Part shown: one piece after another, positions 1-11,131 of the stretch
Layout: every line of letters starts with the position of its first letter
How positions within the stretch are numbered: the first letter of the stretch is position 1
Assembly (NCBI GenBank): GCA_033764955.1
Contig: JANRIL010000024.1
Location: 1 to 64,000, forward strand
Direction: 5' to 3'
Length of the DNA stretch: 64,000 bases
Origin: Cyanobacteriota bacterium
GTDB taxonomy: Bacteria > Cyanobacteriota > Cyanobacteriia > Thermostichales > Thermostichaceae
The notes under the pieces: generated by a model
Told to the model about the DNA's origin: nothing
Databases searched by the model: none
What the model saw: only the letters and a program-made list of their open reading frames with translations
Made by a program: the position numbers and the translations under genes

Positions 1-434
1 TGTTCGTTCAATCTTTGACGCTGGATGTATCAGAGCTGTTTGAAGAACCAGAGCCGATTCAGTACCCTGCCAACCGCAAGCAGCAACTATCTAGGCAGGA
101 AGAAGGCTCCTTGGTTGGCGATGTCGATAAGGATGCACTGCTGAGTTGGATAGACCAGACAGTCATGGAACCACCGCTTAATGCGTTAGAGATGGCAGCG
201 CAACTACGGGATCTGGCGCATGGGGAGACTGTGGAGGAATGGTCAAGGGCGATCGCCCAGTATCTTCGTCAGTTCCCCTCAACTATTTGTATCTCTGATT
301 TGCAGCAGGCGTTAGCAATGCCTCTGGTGGAGCTATGGTTGGGTTTATTAATCGGCGGCTACTCCTTAACCCAGCACGGTGAATTTTATGATAATCAGAC
401 GCTCTGGATTATTAATTATGATGGAGAGGTATAG
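1..434 (+). CDS. Hypothetical protein, probably 5'-partial (frame open to the window edge)
   Basis: ORF 15..434 whose frame is open from base 3; acidic, with C-terminal LWLGLLIGGY-QHGEFY; no family I can name. Confidence 0.6.
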   Translation, partial: FVQSLTLDVSELFEEPEPIQYPANRKQQLSRQEEGSLVGDVDKDALLSWIDQTVMEPPLNALEMAAQLRDLAHGETVEEWSRAIAQYLRQFPSTICISDLQQALAMPLVELWLGLLIGGYSLTQHGEFYDNQTLWIINYDGEV

Positions 435-498
435 GCTGCATCATGGTGCCCAGCCTTGTCCTACGGTAAGAGGCGTTATCCGTTCAAGCAATACCCTA

Positions 499-843
499 AT
501 GACCAACGCTGTCTTGCCAACGTCCAATCTTCCCAGCCTAACCATCAACGACTTCCTGATCACCAGTTGGCTACATGGCAAGAGCCACGACACCCAACTT
601 GCCTATCGTCGAGACATTGCCTGCTTCTGGACAATCCTAGAGCCAGTGCCACTCACCCAGATTGCTCTCCAAGATTTACAGCAGTTTGCCACTGCCCTAG
701 CAACACGGGGAGATGCCCCTGCGACCCAACGTCGTCGCCTCAACACGCTGAAATCATTGCTGACCTATGCCCATGAGTTGGGAGAACTTCTAAGCAATCC
801 CGGACGATTGCTCAAACCACCCATAATTTGCATAAGTCGATGA
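499..843 (+). pseudogene. Truncated tyrosine recombinase/integrase (N-terminal SAM-like core-binding domain only)
   Basis: WLHGKSHDTQLAYRRDI...ATQRRRLNTLKSLLTYAHELG...NPGRLLKPP is a XerC/D-like N-domain; stops before any catalytic domain; similarity ends near 822. Confidence 0.8.
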
Positions 844-1005
844 AATCAAGATGAAATCGTTTGAGATCGATCGACCGAACAACATCCTGAATTTTGGGTT
901 AATTAGCCACTGCAGAACGGTGATTTCACCCTGAATTCATAATTTTATGTTTTCTTCTAATTGAGGATTATTTGTACTAAACTCAATCTCACCTCATGGT
1001 TTACT

Positions 1006-1135
1006 AGGGCGTGTTTTAAAACCCTCAAAGCTAGAATGGAAATAGCCGTAATTCAAAGATAGCTAACAGACATTGGTCACACGCAATCCAATTTCACGCA
1101 AAGACTTAACCAATCACCAATGGCAACGACTCCAC
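1006..1135 (+). mobile_element. IS5-family remnant (possible left end plus transposase N-terminal fragment)
   Basis: RKDLTNHQWQRL (1097-1132) resembles the IS5 N-terminal 'DLTDxQWxxL' motif; preceded by (CTA)GGGCGTGTTTTAAAAC, a plausible IS end. Confidence 0.55.
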
Positions 1136-1140
1136 CGTGG

Positions 1141-1239
1141 TTATGCGATCGCTGCAATTCCCAGCAGAATCATCAAAACACCTAAGACAATTGCCAATGC
1201 TGAAGTTGTTCTGGTTTCTCTAAAATCTTCAAAAGTCAT
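1141..1239 (-). pseudogene. Truncated HdeD-family membrane protein (32 aa)
   Basis: Read by hand: MTFEDFRETRTTSALAIVLGVLMILLGIAAIA*P, with GGAGGAG RBS upstream; resembles HdeD first TM helix; abuts the IS remnant. Confidence 0.55.
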
Positions 1240-1344
1240 AGCTCCTCCCAAAATGTTTTGCTAGGTTGTTAGATCTTGAAAGAGAGACGCGATTAACCCT
1301 TGTCTGTACAAGAGTTATCTCTCCCTTGTGCTCCTTTGCCCTCT

Positions 1345-3966
1345 CTAAGCGTTGACCAGTTCAGGTGATAAGCGCTTCAACACCAGTCGTTCATGTTCCA
1401 CATGGATGTAGATTGTGTCGCCTTCGTGAAACTCGCCGCGTAGAATCGCTTTGGCAATCGGAGTTTCTAGTTCTCGCTGAACCGCCCGCTTCAGGGGACG
1501 AGCACCGTAAACGGGGTCATAACCGACTTGAACAATCCAATCGAGAGCCTCGTCGGAGATTTTGAGCAAGAGTTTACGCTCGCGCAGTCGCTCCTCTAAA
1601 TGCTGCACTTGTTGTTTGACAATTTCGCGCAACTCGTCCTTCCGCAAGCTGTGGAAGATAATGATTTCATCAATGCGGTTGAGGAATTCGGGGCGGAAAC
1701 TTTCTCGCACTGCTTCCATGACGCGATCGTGCATTTGTTCGTACTTGCTATCGTCTCCTGCCACATCCAAAATGTATGTTGAACCAATATTGCTGGTCAT
1801 AATCGCGATCGTATTTTTAAAATCTACTGTGCGTCCCTGAGAATCAGTGAGGCGACCATCATCCAGGATTTGCAGCAGGGCGTTGAATACATCAGGATGA
1901 GCTTTCTCAATTTCGTCAAACAGAATGACAGAATACGGTCGGCGGCGAATCGCTTCGGTGAGTTGTCCGCCTTCTTCATAACCCACGTAACCTGGAGGCG
2001 CACCGATGAGACGGGCAACGGCGTGTTTCTCCATGTATTCGGACATATCGATCCGCACCAGTGCAGCTTCGGTATCAAACAGATATGCCGCTAACGCTTT
2101 TGCCAGTTCTGTTTTTCCCACCCCGGTCGGGCCTAAGAAAATAAAGCTAGCAATGGGACGATTCGGGTCTGCCAACCCAGCACGGGAACGTTGAATTGCA
2201 TCAGCAGCAGCTCTTACAGCTTCGTCCTGACCAATCACACGTTGATGTAGCTCTTCTTCCAGATGCAAGAGTTTTTGCATTTCCGATTCAACCAGTCTGC
2301 TCAGCGGAATCCCCGTCCACTTGGAGATAATTTCGGCAATGTCAGCTTCGGTAACTTCTTCGCGCAACAGAGATTTACCGCTAGTCTGGATTTGAGCGAG
2401 TCGCGCTTCGGCTTCTTCTAGTTGTCGTTGTAGCTCAGTGAGTTTGCTGTATTTCAGTTCTGCTGCCCGGTTGAGGTCGTAATCGCGTTCGGCTTGCTGA
2501 ATTTCTACATTGACACGCTCAATCTCTTGTCTAATTTGGCGAATGCGATCGATGATTTGCTTCTCTGCCTGCCATTGAGCATTGAGGGCATCTTGGCGTT
2601 CTTTTAACTCTGCAAGCTCTCTCTCTAGGCGTTCTAACCGCTCTCTGGAAGCACTGTCTGTTTCTTTTTGCAGTGAAAGCCGCTCCATTTCCAGTTGCAG
2701 AATTTTGCGATCGATTTCGTCTAATTCTTCTGGTTTGGAAGTAATTTCCATTTTTAGTTTAGCCGCCGCTTCATCCACCAAATCAATCGCTTTGTCGGGT
2801 AGGAAGCGATCGCTAATATATCTTGCAGACAAAGTAGCTGCCGCAACTAACGCACTATCAGAAACCTTCACGCCATGGTGTAACTCGTAGCGCTCTTTCA
2901 AACCGCGCAGAATTGAGATGGTATCTTCCACATTGGGCTGATCGACATACACCTGCTGAAAACGACGTTCCAAAGCCGCATCTTTTTCAATGTACTTGCG
3001 GTATTCATCTAGCGTGGTGGCACCAATACAACGCAGTTCGCCGCGAGCAAGCAGCGGCTTGAGCAAGTTGCTAGCATCCATTGATCCTTGCGTTGCACCC
3101 GCACCCACTACCGTGTGAATTTCGTCAATGAACAAGACGATTTGTCCCTGTGCTTCTTGGATTTCTTTTAAGACAGCTTTCAGGCGTTCTTCAAATTCTC
3201 CCCGGTATTTGGCTCCGGCAATTAACGCACCCATGTCTAAAGCGATTAGTTTGCGATCGCGCAATGATTCCGGGACATCACCACTGACAATGCGCTGCGC
3301 TAATCCTTCTACAATTGCCGTTTTACCGACACCGGGTTCACCAATCAGCACGGGGTTATTTTTAGTCCGACGAGAAAGGATTTGAATCGTGCGACGAATT
3401 TCTTCATCTCGTCCAATCACTGGGTCGAGTATGCCCTCATGTGCCAATTGGGTTAAATCGCGTCCGTATTTTTCTAGCGCTTCATATTTAACTTCTGGGT
3501 TTTGATCTGTCACTTTTTGACTCCCTCGAATCTGTTGAATGATGGTGCGGAGTTTTGTTTCATCCAGTCCAAATTCTTGAAACAACCCTTTACCAAAGCG
3601 ATCGTCTTTGGCAAAGGCTAGTATTAGATGTTCAATAGAAATATATTCATCACCAAACTCTTTGCGGTATTGTTCGGCGCGATCGAGCAGCGTCTCTAAA
3701 CTGTGTCCGATATAGACCGAACCACTGCTAGCCCCCGATACTTTGGGCTGACGGTTGATAAAGTCGATAGTGCGCTCGTGTAGTTTTTGAACATTTACCC
3801 CGGCTTTGTTGAAAATAGAACTGGCGAGACCTTCCTGTTCCAGTAGCGCTGGCATCAAATGTTCGCTCTCAATCTGCTGCTGCTGAAACTGCTTGGCAAT
3901 TTCGGGAGTCCGAACAAGGGCTTGCCAGGCTTTTTCGGTAAATTGCGCGGGATTGGTTGGTTGCAT
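1345..3966 (-). CDS. clpB: ATP-dependent disaggregase ClpB
   Basis: 873 aa; Walker A GEPGVGKT and GPTGVGKT, middle coiled-coil domain, GARPLKR. Confidence 0.97.
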   Translation of the reverse strand: MQPTNPAQFTEKAWQALVRTPEIAKQFQQQQIESEHLMPALLEQEGLASSIFNKAGVNVQKLHERTIDFINRQPKVSGASSGSVYIGHSLETLLDRAEQYRKEFGDEYISIEHLILAFAKDDRFGKGLFQEFGLDETKLRTIIQQIRGSQKVTDQNPEVKYEALEKYGRDLTQLAHEGILDPVIGRDEEIRRTIQILSRRTKNNPVLIGEPGVGKTAIVEGLAQRIVSGDVPESLRDRKLIALDMGALIAGAKYRGEFEERLKAVLKEIQEAQGQIVLFIDEIHTVVGAGATQGSMDASNLLKPLLARGELRCIGATTLDEYRKYIEKDAALERRFQQVYVDQPNVEDTISILRGLKERYELHHGVKVSDSALVAAATLSARYISDRFLPDKAIDLVDEAAAKLKMEITSKPEELDEIDRKILQLEMERLSLQKETDSASRERLERLERELAELKERQDALNAQWQAEKQIIDRIRQIRQEIERVNVEIQQAERDYDLNRAAELKYSKLTELQRQLEEAEARLAQIQTSGKSLLREEVTEADIAEIISKWTGIPLSRLVESEMQKLLHLEEELHQRVIGQDEAVRAAADAIQRSRAGLADPNRPIASFIFLGPTGVGKTELAKALAAYLFDTEAALVRIDMSEYMEKHAVARLIGAPPGYVGYEEGGQLTEAIRRRPYSVILFDEIEKAHPDVFNALLQILDDGRLTDSQGRTVDFKNTIAIMTSNIGSTYILDVAGDDSKYEQMHDRVMEAVRESFRPEFLNRIDEIIIFHSLRKDELREIVKQQVQHLEERLRERKLLLKISDEALDWIVQVGYDPVYGARPLKRAVQRELETPIAKAILRGEFHEGDTIYIHVEHERLVLKRLSPELVNA

Positions 3967-4010
3967 AATCGTGCCCCTTCGCTGAGAAATAAATTATTTT
4001 GTTAATGCTC

Positions 4011-4328
4011 TTAATTACGAATTTGTAATTCAGCTCGGTAGGCACGCAGTTGCGCCTTGAGTTGGGCAATTTCAGTTACCATATCTAGCACCATTGCTGC
4101 TCCGACCCAATTCAAGTTCAGATCGTGGTGCAACCTTTGAATCTGCACAACGCGAAAGAGATCCTGTCGGTGCAACATGATTCCTACAGGTTCAATTAAT
4201 CCCAGGCGGGCAAATCGTTCTAGCAATAAAACCGAGGTTTGAGTGAGGTAGGCGGCTTGCTCGAAACTATAGAGGCGATCGCCTGTTTCTGACCACACCA
4301 CGCAAGACAAACTCAGGTTAGAACTCAT
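4011..4328 (-). CDS. cbpM: Chaperone modulator CbpM (MerR-like HTH)
   Basis: RLGLIEP...[21 protein letters not shown]; overlaps the cbpA stop by 4 bp. Confidence 0.85.
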   Translation of the reverse strand: MSSNLSLSCVVWSETGDRLYSFEQAAYLTQTSVLLLERFARLGLIEPVGIMLHRQDLFRVVQIQRLHHDLNLNWVGAAMVLDMVTEIAQLKAQLRAYRAELQIRN

Positions 4329-5332
4329 AACCGCACCTCTTCTAAGCTCTGACGGGAATTAAAACTACTGACCTGCTGCAATTTTTCATAGCACTCTCTT
4401 TCTTGGGGACTCAAATCTTTGGGTGTCACAATTTTTAACCGCACGATCAAAGCGGTACGATTACCTTTTGGATTGCGCCAGCCCTTGCTACGTAGCCGGA
4501 GTGCTTGGCCGGAATCCACACCGGCTGGAATCGTCATCGTTACCTTGCCGTCGGGCGTGGGAACATCTATTTGTGCGCCAAGTACCGCTTCCTCTGGGCT
4601 GACAGGTACTTCGCAAGCAAGATTGTCGCCCTCAAATTTGAAGAAAGGATGGGGCAATACTTCAATTGTCAGATACAAATCGCCGCGTTGCTGACTAAAA
4701 GGACTCATCTGTCCTTTGCCTTTTACCCGAATGCGGCTTCCCGGTTTCGCACCCGGCGGAATGCGAACAGTGATAGTTTCTCCATCAATTTGTAGCCGCT
4801 TCTGTGTACCGTGAAACGCTTCAGAAAAAGTAAGCGCGATCGCCGCTTCTGTATCCTGTGCGGGAACATCAGTGAAGCGGCCGAAGGGGTCTTCTCCATA
4901 GCCAAAGTCGGCGTATTCCCGGAATCCTTCTGGTCTTCTTGTAGTGCGATAATTCGCTGTGCGCTGCCTTGTACGACCGCCACTGCGACCTAACCCTCCC
5001 AGCAATTCATCAATGAAATCATCAAAGTTGCCATACTGGCTAAAGTCATAACCTTGTGTATCCGCCCCTCTGGGTGGAGGTGCACCCGCCGCAGCCTGTT
5101 GCCAGTACTGACCATACTGGTCATACTTCTGGCGTTTTTCCGGGTCGGACAGCACTTCATTAGCTTCGTTAATTTCTTTGAACCGCGCTTCCGCTTGCTT
5201 ATCGTCAGGATTTAAGTCCGGGTGATATTTCCGTGCCAGTTTCCGGTAGGCTTTTTTGATATCCTCCGGAGTGGCGTTCTTACTGACACCCAGAATTTCG
5301 TAATAATCTTTGAAATCGGTTGCTGCAACCAT
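4325..5332 (-). CDS. cbpA: DnaJ-class co-chaperone CbpA (J-domain, no zinc finger)
   Basis: KDYYEILGV...YHPD J-domain, G/F region, DnaJ C-terminal domain; coupled to cbpM. Confidence 0.88.
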   Translation of the reverse strand: MVAATDFKDYYEILGVSKNATPEDIKKAYRKLARKYHPDLNPDDKQAEARFKEINEANEVLSDPEKRQKYDQYGQYWQQAAAGAPPPRGADTQGYDFSQYGNFDDFIDELLGGLGRSGGRTRQRTANYRTTRRPEGFREYADFGYGEDPFGRFTDVPAQDTEAAIALTFSEAFHGTQKRLQIDGETITVRIPPGAKPGSRIRVKGKGQMSPFSQQRGDLYLTIEVLPHPFFKFEGDNLACEVPVSPEEAVLGAQIDVPTPDGKVTMTIPAGVDSGQALRLRSKGWRNPKGNRTALIVRLKIVTPKDLSPQERECYEKLQQVSSFNSRQSLEEVRL

Positions 5333-5483
5333 CAGCACCTCTTGAGATTAACGCGATGGGACGGGTGGGCAGAGGGATTGTTGCCGATTTGGAAACCTTA
5401 TCCAAATCGGCGTTTTGCAACAGGCTTGCAGTTGATCAGGGTTGCAGCATGGCTAACCCTCACCTTGATAGGTTTAAACCCAA

Positions 5484-6371
5484 TCAAGCATTAGCGGTTT
5501 GCTGACTTTCGGCTCTGGACACCCGGTTGAAGAAACTAGAGAACTTTTCCCGGAGTTTGGCAAATGGACTTTCTGTTTTCTCCTTTGCCCTGATTTGCCG
5601 CTCAATGTCTCTGATTGCCCGGTCAAGTTCTTTGTACTCGGGATCGCGTCTAGCATAGCCCAGTTCTCTCGCCAGCTTGAGGTGGGTGCGAGCATCTGCC
5701 AGCGACCGCAGTACTTGGTCCCGATTTTGCTGGTCCTGATTTTGCTGGTCCTGATTCTGTTGATCCTGTCCCTGAGCGGCTAAAGCCATTGCAGCAGCTA
5801 GTTCAGTCAGGGCATTAATCAGTGGAATGGGTCGAGATTGTTCTGTCACCACCAGAGTTGAGAGTGCCAGTTGTATTACCGCTCTGGCTTCAGCGGTTCT
5901 CCCTTGATGCAACAATCGGGCGGACTCCTTCATGGCATCAGGATACGTCTCAAGTGGCAGATTGACGGTTGATGTGCGAATCTCGCTCACCAGGTTGTGC
6001 AACAGTGCCCGCCCAGTCGGAAAATCTTCCTCATTCACAGCCCTCTTAGCTTCATCGCGAATTGGCTCAATCAAATCAAAATCCCGAGGGGCAAGATCGA
6101 TAATGGTGATCTGAGTTGACACAGGAACCAGAGCCAGTTCAGGGTAGCGTGCCAGGAGAATATCCAGTTTTCCAGTTGCCCGTTCCAGAGCTTGAATGCT
6201 TTCCTGAGTGTTTTCCTGATCCATGGCGTTGATTGCATTGCGAGTTTCTGCGATCGCGGCGACTGCGTCCTGATCTAGGGAACTTTGAGCCTCATTCGTT
6301 GCCTTTTGCCTCTCCTGTTCAATCTCCTGCTGAGATTGAGGATTGGGCTGATTCAATGTCGTAGAGTTCAT
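5484..6371 (-). CDS. YfdX-family protein
   Basis: ALERATGKLDILLARYPELALVPV and SEIRTSTVNLPLETYPDAMK are YfdX-like motifs. Confidence 0.8.
   Translation of the reverse strand: MNSTTLNQPNPQSQQEIEQERQKATNEAQSSLDQDAVAAIAETRNAINAMDQENTQESIQALERATGKLDILLARYPELALVPVSTQITIIDLAPRDFDLIEPIRDEAKRAVNEEDFPTGRALLHNLVSEIRTSTVNLPLETYPDAMKESARLLHQGRTAEARAVIQLALSTLVVTEQSRPIPLINALTELAAAMALAAQGQDQQNQDQQNQDQQNRDQVLRSLADARTHLKLARELGYARRDPEYKELDRAIRDIERQIRAKEKTESPFAKLREKFSSFFNRVSRAESQQTANA
5724..5768. repeat. 3 x 15-bp tandem repeat encoding QDQQN in yfdX
   Basis: attttgctggtcctg twice plus attctgttgatcctg. Confidence 0.9.
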
Positions 6372-6442
6372 AATTTTCTCCTTGTTTGTTAATTTGTTTT
6401 GGGTTTGGAATCGGTGGTTTTTTCATCGCGATCAAACAATGT

Positions 6443-7123
6443 TTATGCACCGCTACGATACACTGGCTTTTTCGGCGGCAGCGTGTAGAGTAATGTCAAT
6501 CCCACGCATAACACCAATCCGGCGATACCGCTCCACAACGACAGCACAAGCGCTAAGAAGTAAAACACGCTAGTTAATGTGTACCTGCGGGTGAGGTAAG
6601 CGATGAATTGACCGTCGAGATTTCTGTTCAGCAATCGATGATTGCGGCTGGCATAGAGCCAGATGAGCGCCCATGTCAACACTGATAAGAACAATACCAA
6701 TGCATACAAGACGACTACGGCTTGCAACTGCTGTGGGTCAGTAATGCATCTAGCCACGACCGCCGTTGGAAACGGCAGAAACGCAATACACATCAGAAAC
6801 AAGAGGTTGAACAGATTAAATACTTGATCACTCCGTTCGTAGAGTTGGAAGACATAGTGATGATTTGCCCAGAAAATTCCAATGACCACGAAGCTGAAAA
6901 TGTAGGCGAAGTAGGACGGCCACAATACGAATAATGCTGAGGCAAGACTTAGTGTGTTGGTTGTTCCCTCCGTAAAGTTCAACTCTGGCACGCGAATTTC
7001 CAGTATCAGCAGCGTGATGGCAATGGCAAACACGGCATCGCTAAACGCTTCAATCCGCTGGGTGTCCGACTCCGTTGATGCTCGTGATTTCTGCATAGTT
7101 GACTTGATTCTGTGTTCCACCAT
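6443..7123 (-). CDS. TMEM175-family (DUF1211) potassium channel
   Basis: RIEAFSDAVFAIAITLLILEI signature, WANHH, FLPFPT; multiple TM helices. Confidence 0.9.
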   Translation of the reverse strand: MVEHRIKSTMQKSRASTESDTQRIEAFSDAVFAIAITLLILEIRVPELNFTEGTTNTLSLASALFVLWPSYFAYIFSFVVIGIFWANHHYVFQLYERSDQVFNLFNLLFLMCIAFLPFPTAVVARCITDPQQLQAVVVLYALVLFLSVLTWALIWLYASRNHRLLNRNLDGQFIAYLTRRYTLTSVFYFLALVLSLWSGIAGLVLCVGLTLLYTLPPKKPVYRSGA

Positions 7124-7175
7124 ACCTTTGTGCCTGCTTCGATGATAGTAGAGGCGGCCGTTCTGACGGTCAGGC

Positions 7176-7847
7176 TTAGGGCAAGATCGTGATCCAGTTT
7201 TCCACCGAGGTGATTCCTGGTGCTGACCACGCTGCCCGCTCCGCCTCTTGCTTCTCAGCCCAGGAGCGCACCGCCCCCCTCAGGATGACCTTGCTCCCCT
7301 TCACCTCGACCGTGATCCGCAGCGCGTCGGTCTCCGCGCTACGCACCAGTGCCTGCTCAATTTTCTGCTTGAGTTCCGACGGCGACACGCGGGGCTTGAT
7401 GGTGAGCAAGTTGGCTACCCCCTTGACGCCTTTCAGACGGCGGACAACCCGCTCGACATCGCGCTTCTGGTACTCCCACTCGACCACACCCCTGAGCGTG
7501 ACCCAGCCCTTGGAGACCGTGACATCGAGATCATCGATGGACACGCCGACATCCCACTCCAGCGCATGAATGGCGGCTGCGGCAATGTCGGCATCAGTGC
7601 GCTCGGCGGAGCTAGGTAGCCGCACCTCAATGTCGTTAGCTACAGCCAGTACGCCACGGACGCGGTGGGCAGCTTCTTCGGCAGCCCAGCGCTTGTAAAA
7701 GGAATCGACCCAGCCTGTGAGCGTAACAACACCGTCTTTGATGGCGACGCCGACTTCGGTAGACTGGACGCGGGAATCCCACTTCAACTCATTCAGCACA
7801 TCCTTTTGGATTGCCTCGTCAGTTCGGGTTACGGTTGCAGTTGTCAT
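7176..7847 (-). CDS. Triple BON-domain (OsmY-like) protein
   Basis: Three BON repeats (GVVTLTG, GWVTLRG, KVILRG), AAWSAPG end. Confidence 0.92.
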   Translation of the reverse strand: MTTATVTRTDEAIQKDVLNELKWDSRVQSTEVGVAIKDGVVTLTGWVDSFYKRWAAEEAAHRVRGVLAVANDIEVRLPSSAERTDADIAAAAIHALEWDVGVSIDDLDVTVSKGWVTLRGVVEWEYQKRDVERVVRRLKGVKGVANLLTIKPRVSPSELKQKIEQALVRSAETDALRITVEVKGSKVILRGAVRSWAEKQEAERAAWSAPGITSVENWITILP

Positions 7848-7899
7848 GGTTGTTTCTCCTTTAAGTTGTTTTGTGACTGGAATACGTGCCTTGTTCGTC

Positions 7900-7957
7900 G
7901 CGATGGGCTACGCCCCACCGTAGACGATGGCGCAGAGCGCCCGTTGGAAGCGATCGC
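7900..7957. repeat. HIP1 site interrupted by two short dispersed repeat-like inserts
   Basis: GCGAT[gggctacgccccaccgtagacgat][ggcgcagagcgcccgttggaagcgat]CGC; removing both inserts restores GCGATCGC. Confidence 0.6.
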
Positions 7958-7969
7958 AACTCTGGAAAT

Positions 7970-8743
7970 TTACGATGTGACTTTAGACTTGGAATACGTG
8001 CCTTGTTCGTCGCGATCGAACATCTGTTTGACCCGATCCCAAGCCTTCGTCAAGGCATTATCTTTTCCATTGGCTTCTCTGAACGACCGATTGTGGGTAT
8101 CAACAAACGTTTTTTGTGCGTCGTCCGACAAATTTGCTCTAATTTCTGGTGAAATCTGCTCATTATCTGCCAGTTCACCTTTTGGTTGACGGGGAATCTT
8201 CATGTCAGTGATGGCGACTTCTTCCGCACCCGCACTTTCTAACAGTGAGACAACTTCGTCTGCTTGTTCTTGTGGCACTTCCGCGACCAGTAGAAACTCA
8301 CCTGTTTTCAGGCGTGTTTCGTAAATAGCAGCTTTGTCCTCTGGCATACCCAATGCGATTAAGGCAGATCCAATGCCTGCTCCCAGGGAACCATATAAAG
8401 CACCGCCTGCCGCTCCTAATAATGCTGCTCCCAAAGGACCTGCTGCTACTACGGTGCCCAAAAAGGGAATGAACAACACGCCCACACCCGTCAGTAAAGC
8501 CAAGATAGAACCAAATAGCGATCCAAAAATCGCTCCGGTGGCGAGTCCATCCAAGATCACACCTTGTTTAGTCACAAATCCGGAGATGCGAGTTTCGGTG
8601 TGGAAGTCGCGACCAATAATCGAAATGTGATCTTTGGAAACGCTGCGATCGATTAGACGCTCAACCACTTCTTGCATCTTCTTCTCGTCTTTGAAACTAG
8701 CAGAGACACTTTTGAGGATGGTTTCTTCAGATGTAGAAGTCAT
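7970..8743 (-). CDS. General stress protein (YflT-like/glycine zipper) fused to C-terminal ChaB domain
   Basis: ISIIGRD, G-rich TM with IPFLGTVVAAGP, GMPEDKAAIYETRLKTGEFLL; tail LSDDAQKTFVDTHN...AWDRVK is ChaB-like. Confidence 0.8.
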   Translation of the reverse strand: MTSTSEETILKSVSASFKDEKKMQEVVERLIDRSVSKDHISIIGRDFHTETRISGFVTKQGVILDGLATGAIFGSLFGSILALLTGVGVLFIPFLGTVVAAGPLGAALLGAAGGALYGSLGAGIGSALIALGMPEDKAAIYETRLKTGEFLLVAEVPQEQADEVVSLLESAGAEEVAITDMKIPRQPKGELADNEQISPEIRANLSDDAQKTFVDTHNRSFREANGKDNALTKAWDRVKQMFDRDEQGTYSKSKVTS

Positions 8744-8838
8744 AAAAATTACTCCAAATTAAAAAACTAGATAACATCATGAAATGTGGCGCAGATTTAA
8801 GGACGCGGGGACAGGAAGAGAGTATTTGATGATTTCAC

Positions 8839-8861
8839 TGCGTCACCCAGAGGGTGACGCA
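8839..8861. repeat. Perfect 10-bp hairpin downstream of dnaK
   Basis: TGCGTCACCC-AGA-GGGTGACGCA; no U-tract. Confidence 0.7.
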
Positions 8862-8930
8862 CGCAGGCTCGCTAAAGCAGTTCCTTTAACTCTGGAAGAG
8901 CAACGGACTGCTCGCTGCGTCTTGTTACGT

Positions 8931-10835
8931 TTATTCCACAAAGTCTGCATCGATGACATCTTCACCGCCGCCTTGACGGTCTGTAGAAGTACCACCGTTT
9001 TCTGTGGAAGTACCACCGTTTGGAGATGCACCTGCTTGTGAGTAGACCGCAGTGCCGATTTGCATCAGGGCTTGTTGAATTTCGTTGGTGAGCGACTTCA
9101 TGCGATCGAGGTTGTTCTGCTCAATTGCCTGACGCAAGTCTCGAATTAAGCCTTCCACGCGGGACTTGTCTGCTGGTGGCACTTTGTCGCCCAAATCCTG
9201 TAGTTTTTTCTCGGCTTGATAGGCAATAGAATCCGCCATGTTTTTGGTGTCGATTTGTTCGCGCCGCCTACGGTCTTCTTCCGCATTGCGATCGGCTTCT
9301 TTCACCATCCGCTCGACTTCAGATTTGTCGAGGGTGGATGCACCTGTGATGCTAATGGACTGTTCTTTACCTGTGGCTTTTTCTCTGGCAGTTGCTGACA
9401 GAATCCCGTTAGCATCAATGTCAAAGGTAACTTCGATCTGTGGCGTACCTCTGGGAGCGGTCGGAATCCCATCTAGTCGGAAGGTTCCCAGGCTCTTGTT
9501 GTCGGATGCCATTTCGCGTTCACCTTGCAGAACATGGATTTCTACGTTTGTTTGTCCATCAGCCGCCGTTGAGAACACCTCAGACTTCTTCACTGGGACA
9601 GTGGTATTGCGCGGAATAATCTTGCTCGTCACACCACCTAGAGTTTCAACACCCAGCGACAACGGCGTGACATCTAGGAGCAGTACGTCTTTTACCTCAC
9701 CCCCAAGCACACCCGCCTGAATCGCTGCACCCATTGCTACGACTTCATCTGGGTTGACACCCTGGTATGGGTCTTTGCCGATTATCTGCCGTACCAGTTG
9801 CTGAACAGCCGGTATCCGAGTTGCACCACCCACTAGGATTACTTCGTCAATATTTGCGGGACTCAGTTTAGCATCGCGCAGAGCTTGTTCGACGGGAATG
9901 CGGCTGCGATCGAACAAGTCGGCGCACATTTGCTCAAACTGTACCCGCGTTAAGGTCATATCTAGATGTTTCGGACCTTCCGGGGTTGCAGTAATAAAAG
10001 GTAAGTTAATGTTCGTCTGTGTTGCGCCTGACAGTTCAATTTTGGCTTTTTCTGCGACTTCGGTGAGGCGTTGCAGGGCTTGGTTGTCTTTACGGAGGTC
10101 GATGCCTTCGTTACGCTGGAATTCGGTTGCTAGCCAGTCTACGATTCTCTTATCAAAGTCATCACCGCCCAAGTGGGTGTCGCCACTGGTCGCTTTCACT
10201 TCAAACACACCATCACCCACTTCTAGGATAGACACGTCAAACGTTCCACCCCCTAAGTCAAAGACTAGGATGGTTTCATTGGTTTTCTTGTCAAGTCCGT
10301 AGGCGAGGGCAGCCGCCGTTGGCTCATTGATAATTCGCAGAACTTCAATCCCGGCAATTCTACCGGCATCTTTGGTCGCTTGCCGTTGAGAGTCATTGAA
10401 ATAGGCAGGGACGGTAATTACCGCTTGCCTCACCGGTTCTCCCAGATAGGTGCTGGCATCATCGATCAGCTTGCGGACTACCTCAGCCGAGATTTCTTCG
10501 GGTGAAAATTCCTGGTTCAGAGCGGGACAGTTTAGCTTGACGTTGCCATTACTGTCACGTACCACTTTGTAAGTAACTTGTTTTGCCTCTTGGGTGATTT
10601 CATCATACCTGCGCCCAATGAACCGCTTAACGGAATAATAGGTGTTTTCTGGGTTCATTACACCCTGGCGTTTGGCAATTTGCCCGACAAGTTTTTCGCC
10701 CTTCTTGGTGTAGGCAACCACAGACGGAGTTGTGCGACTGCCTTCTGTGTTCGCAATGACGATGGGTTGTCCGCCCTCCATTACAGCGATACAGGAGTTG
10801 GTCGTTCCTAAATCAATACCAACGATTTTTGCCAT
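8931..10835 (-). CDS. dnaK: Molecular chaperone DnaK (Hsp70)
   Basis: [33 protein letters not shown] tail; AGGAG RBS before ATG 10835. Confidence 0.97.
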   Translation of the reverse strand: MAKIVGIDLGTTNSCIAVMEGGQPIVIANTEGSRTTPSVVAYTKKGEKLVGQIAKRQGVMNPENTYYSVKRFIGRRYDEITQEAKQVTYKVVRDSNGNVKLNCPALNQEFSPEEISAEVVRKLIDDASTYLGEPVRQAVITVPAYFNDSQRQATKDAGRIAGIEVLRIINEPTAAALAYGLDKKTNETILVFDLGGGTFDVSILEVGDGVFEVKATSGDTHLGGDDFDKRIVDWLATEFQRNEGIDLRKDNQALQRLTEVAEKAKIELSGATQTNINLPFITATPEGPKHLDMTLTRVQFEQMCADLFDRSRIPVEQALRDAKLSPANIDEVILVGGATRIPAVQQLVRQIIGKDPYQGVNPDEVVAMGAAIQAGVLGGEVKDVLLLDVTPLSLGVETLGGVTSKIIPRNTTVPVKKSEVFSTAADGQTNVEIHVLQGEREMASDNKSLGTFRLDGIPTAPRGTPQIEVTFDIDANGILSATAREKATGKEQSISITGASTLDKSEVERMVKEADRNAEEDRRRREQIDTKNMADSIAYQAEKKLQDLGDKVPPADKSRVEGLIRDLRQAIEQNNLDRMKSLTNEIQQALMQIGTAVYSQAGASPNGGTSTENGGTSTDRQGGGEDVIDADFVE

Positions 10836-10995
10836 CGTTAACAATCTCCTTCAAAGATTGAGATAAAAAATTGAGAATCTGGATTCAGGACAAGTTGAAT
10901 AAATGGTATTGAGAAGGAAGAGGGAAGAATCTATACCTTGAACCTTCTGCCCTCTGGCTCCTTAGCACTCAGGATTTGGCTGCGGTTTGAATCGC

Positions 10996-11096
10996 GGCTA
11001 ACAATGAGCGGAGGTCGCAAGAGCCATCGTGGTACACACCGTTGATGAAAAAAGTCGGCGTGCCGTTGCCCCCGCTCTGAATTCCGCTTGTCATCT
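10996..11096 (+). repeat. Degenerate attC-like palindromic element between hsp20 and dnaK
   Basis: GGCTAAC...GAGCGG(11006)...CCGCTC(11072)...GTCATCT; same layout as the elements at 11974 and 57579 but more decayed. Confidence 0.3.
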
Positions 11097-11131
11097 CCTG
11101 CTCTTAAGGGAGTGCTTGGGAAAACATTGCG

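Noticed and set aside
8986..9021. Duplicated NGGTST in the DnaK tail
   Set aside because: Ordinary slippage in a disordered C-terminal tail
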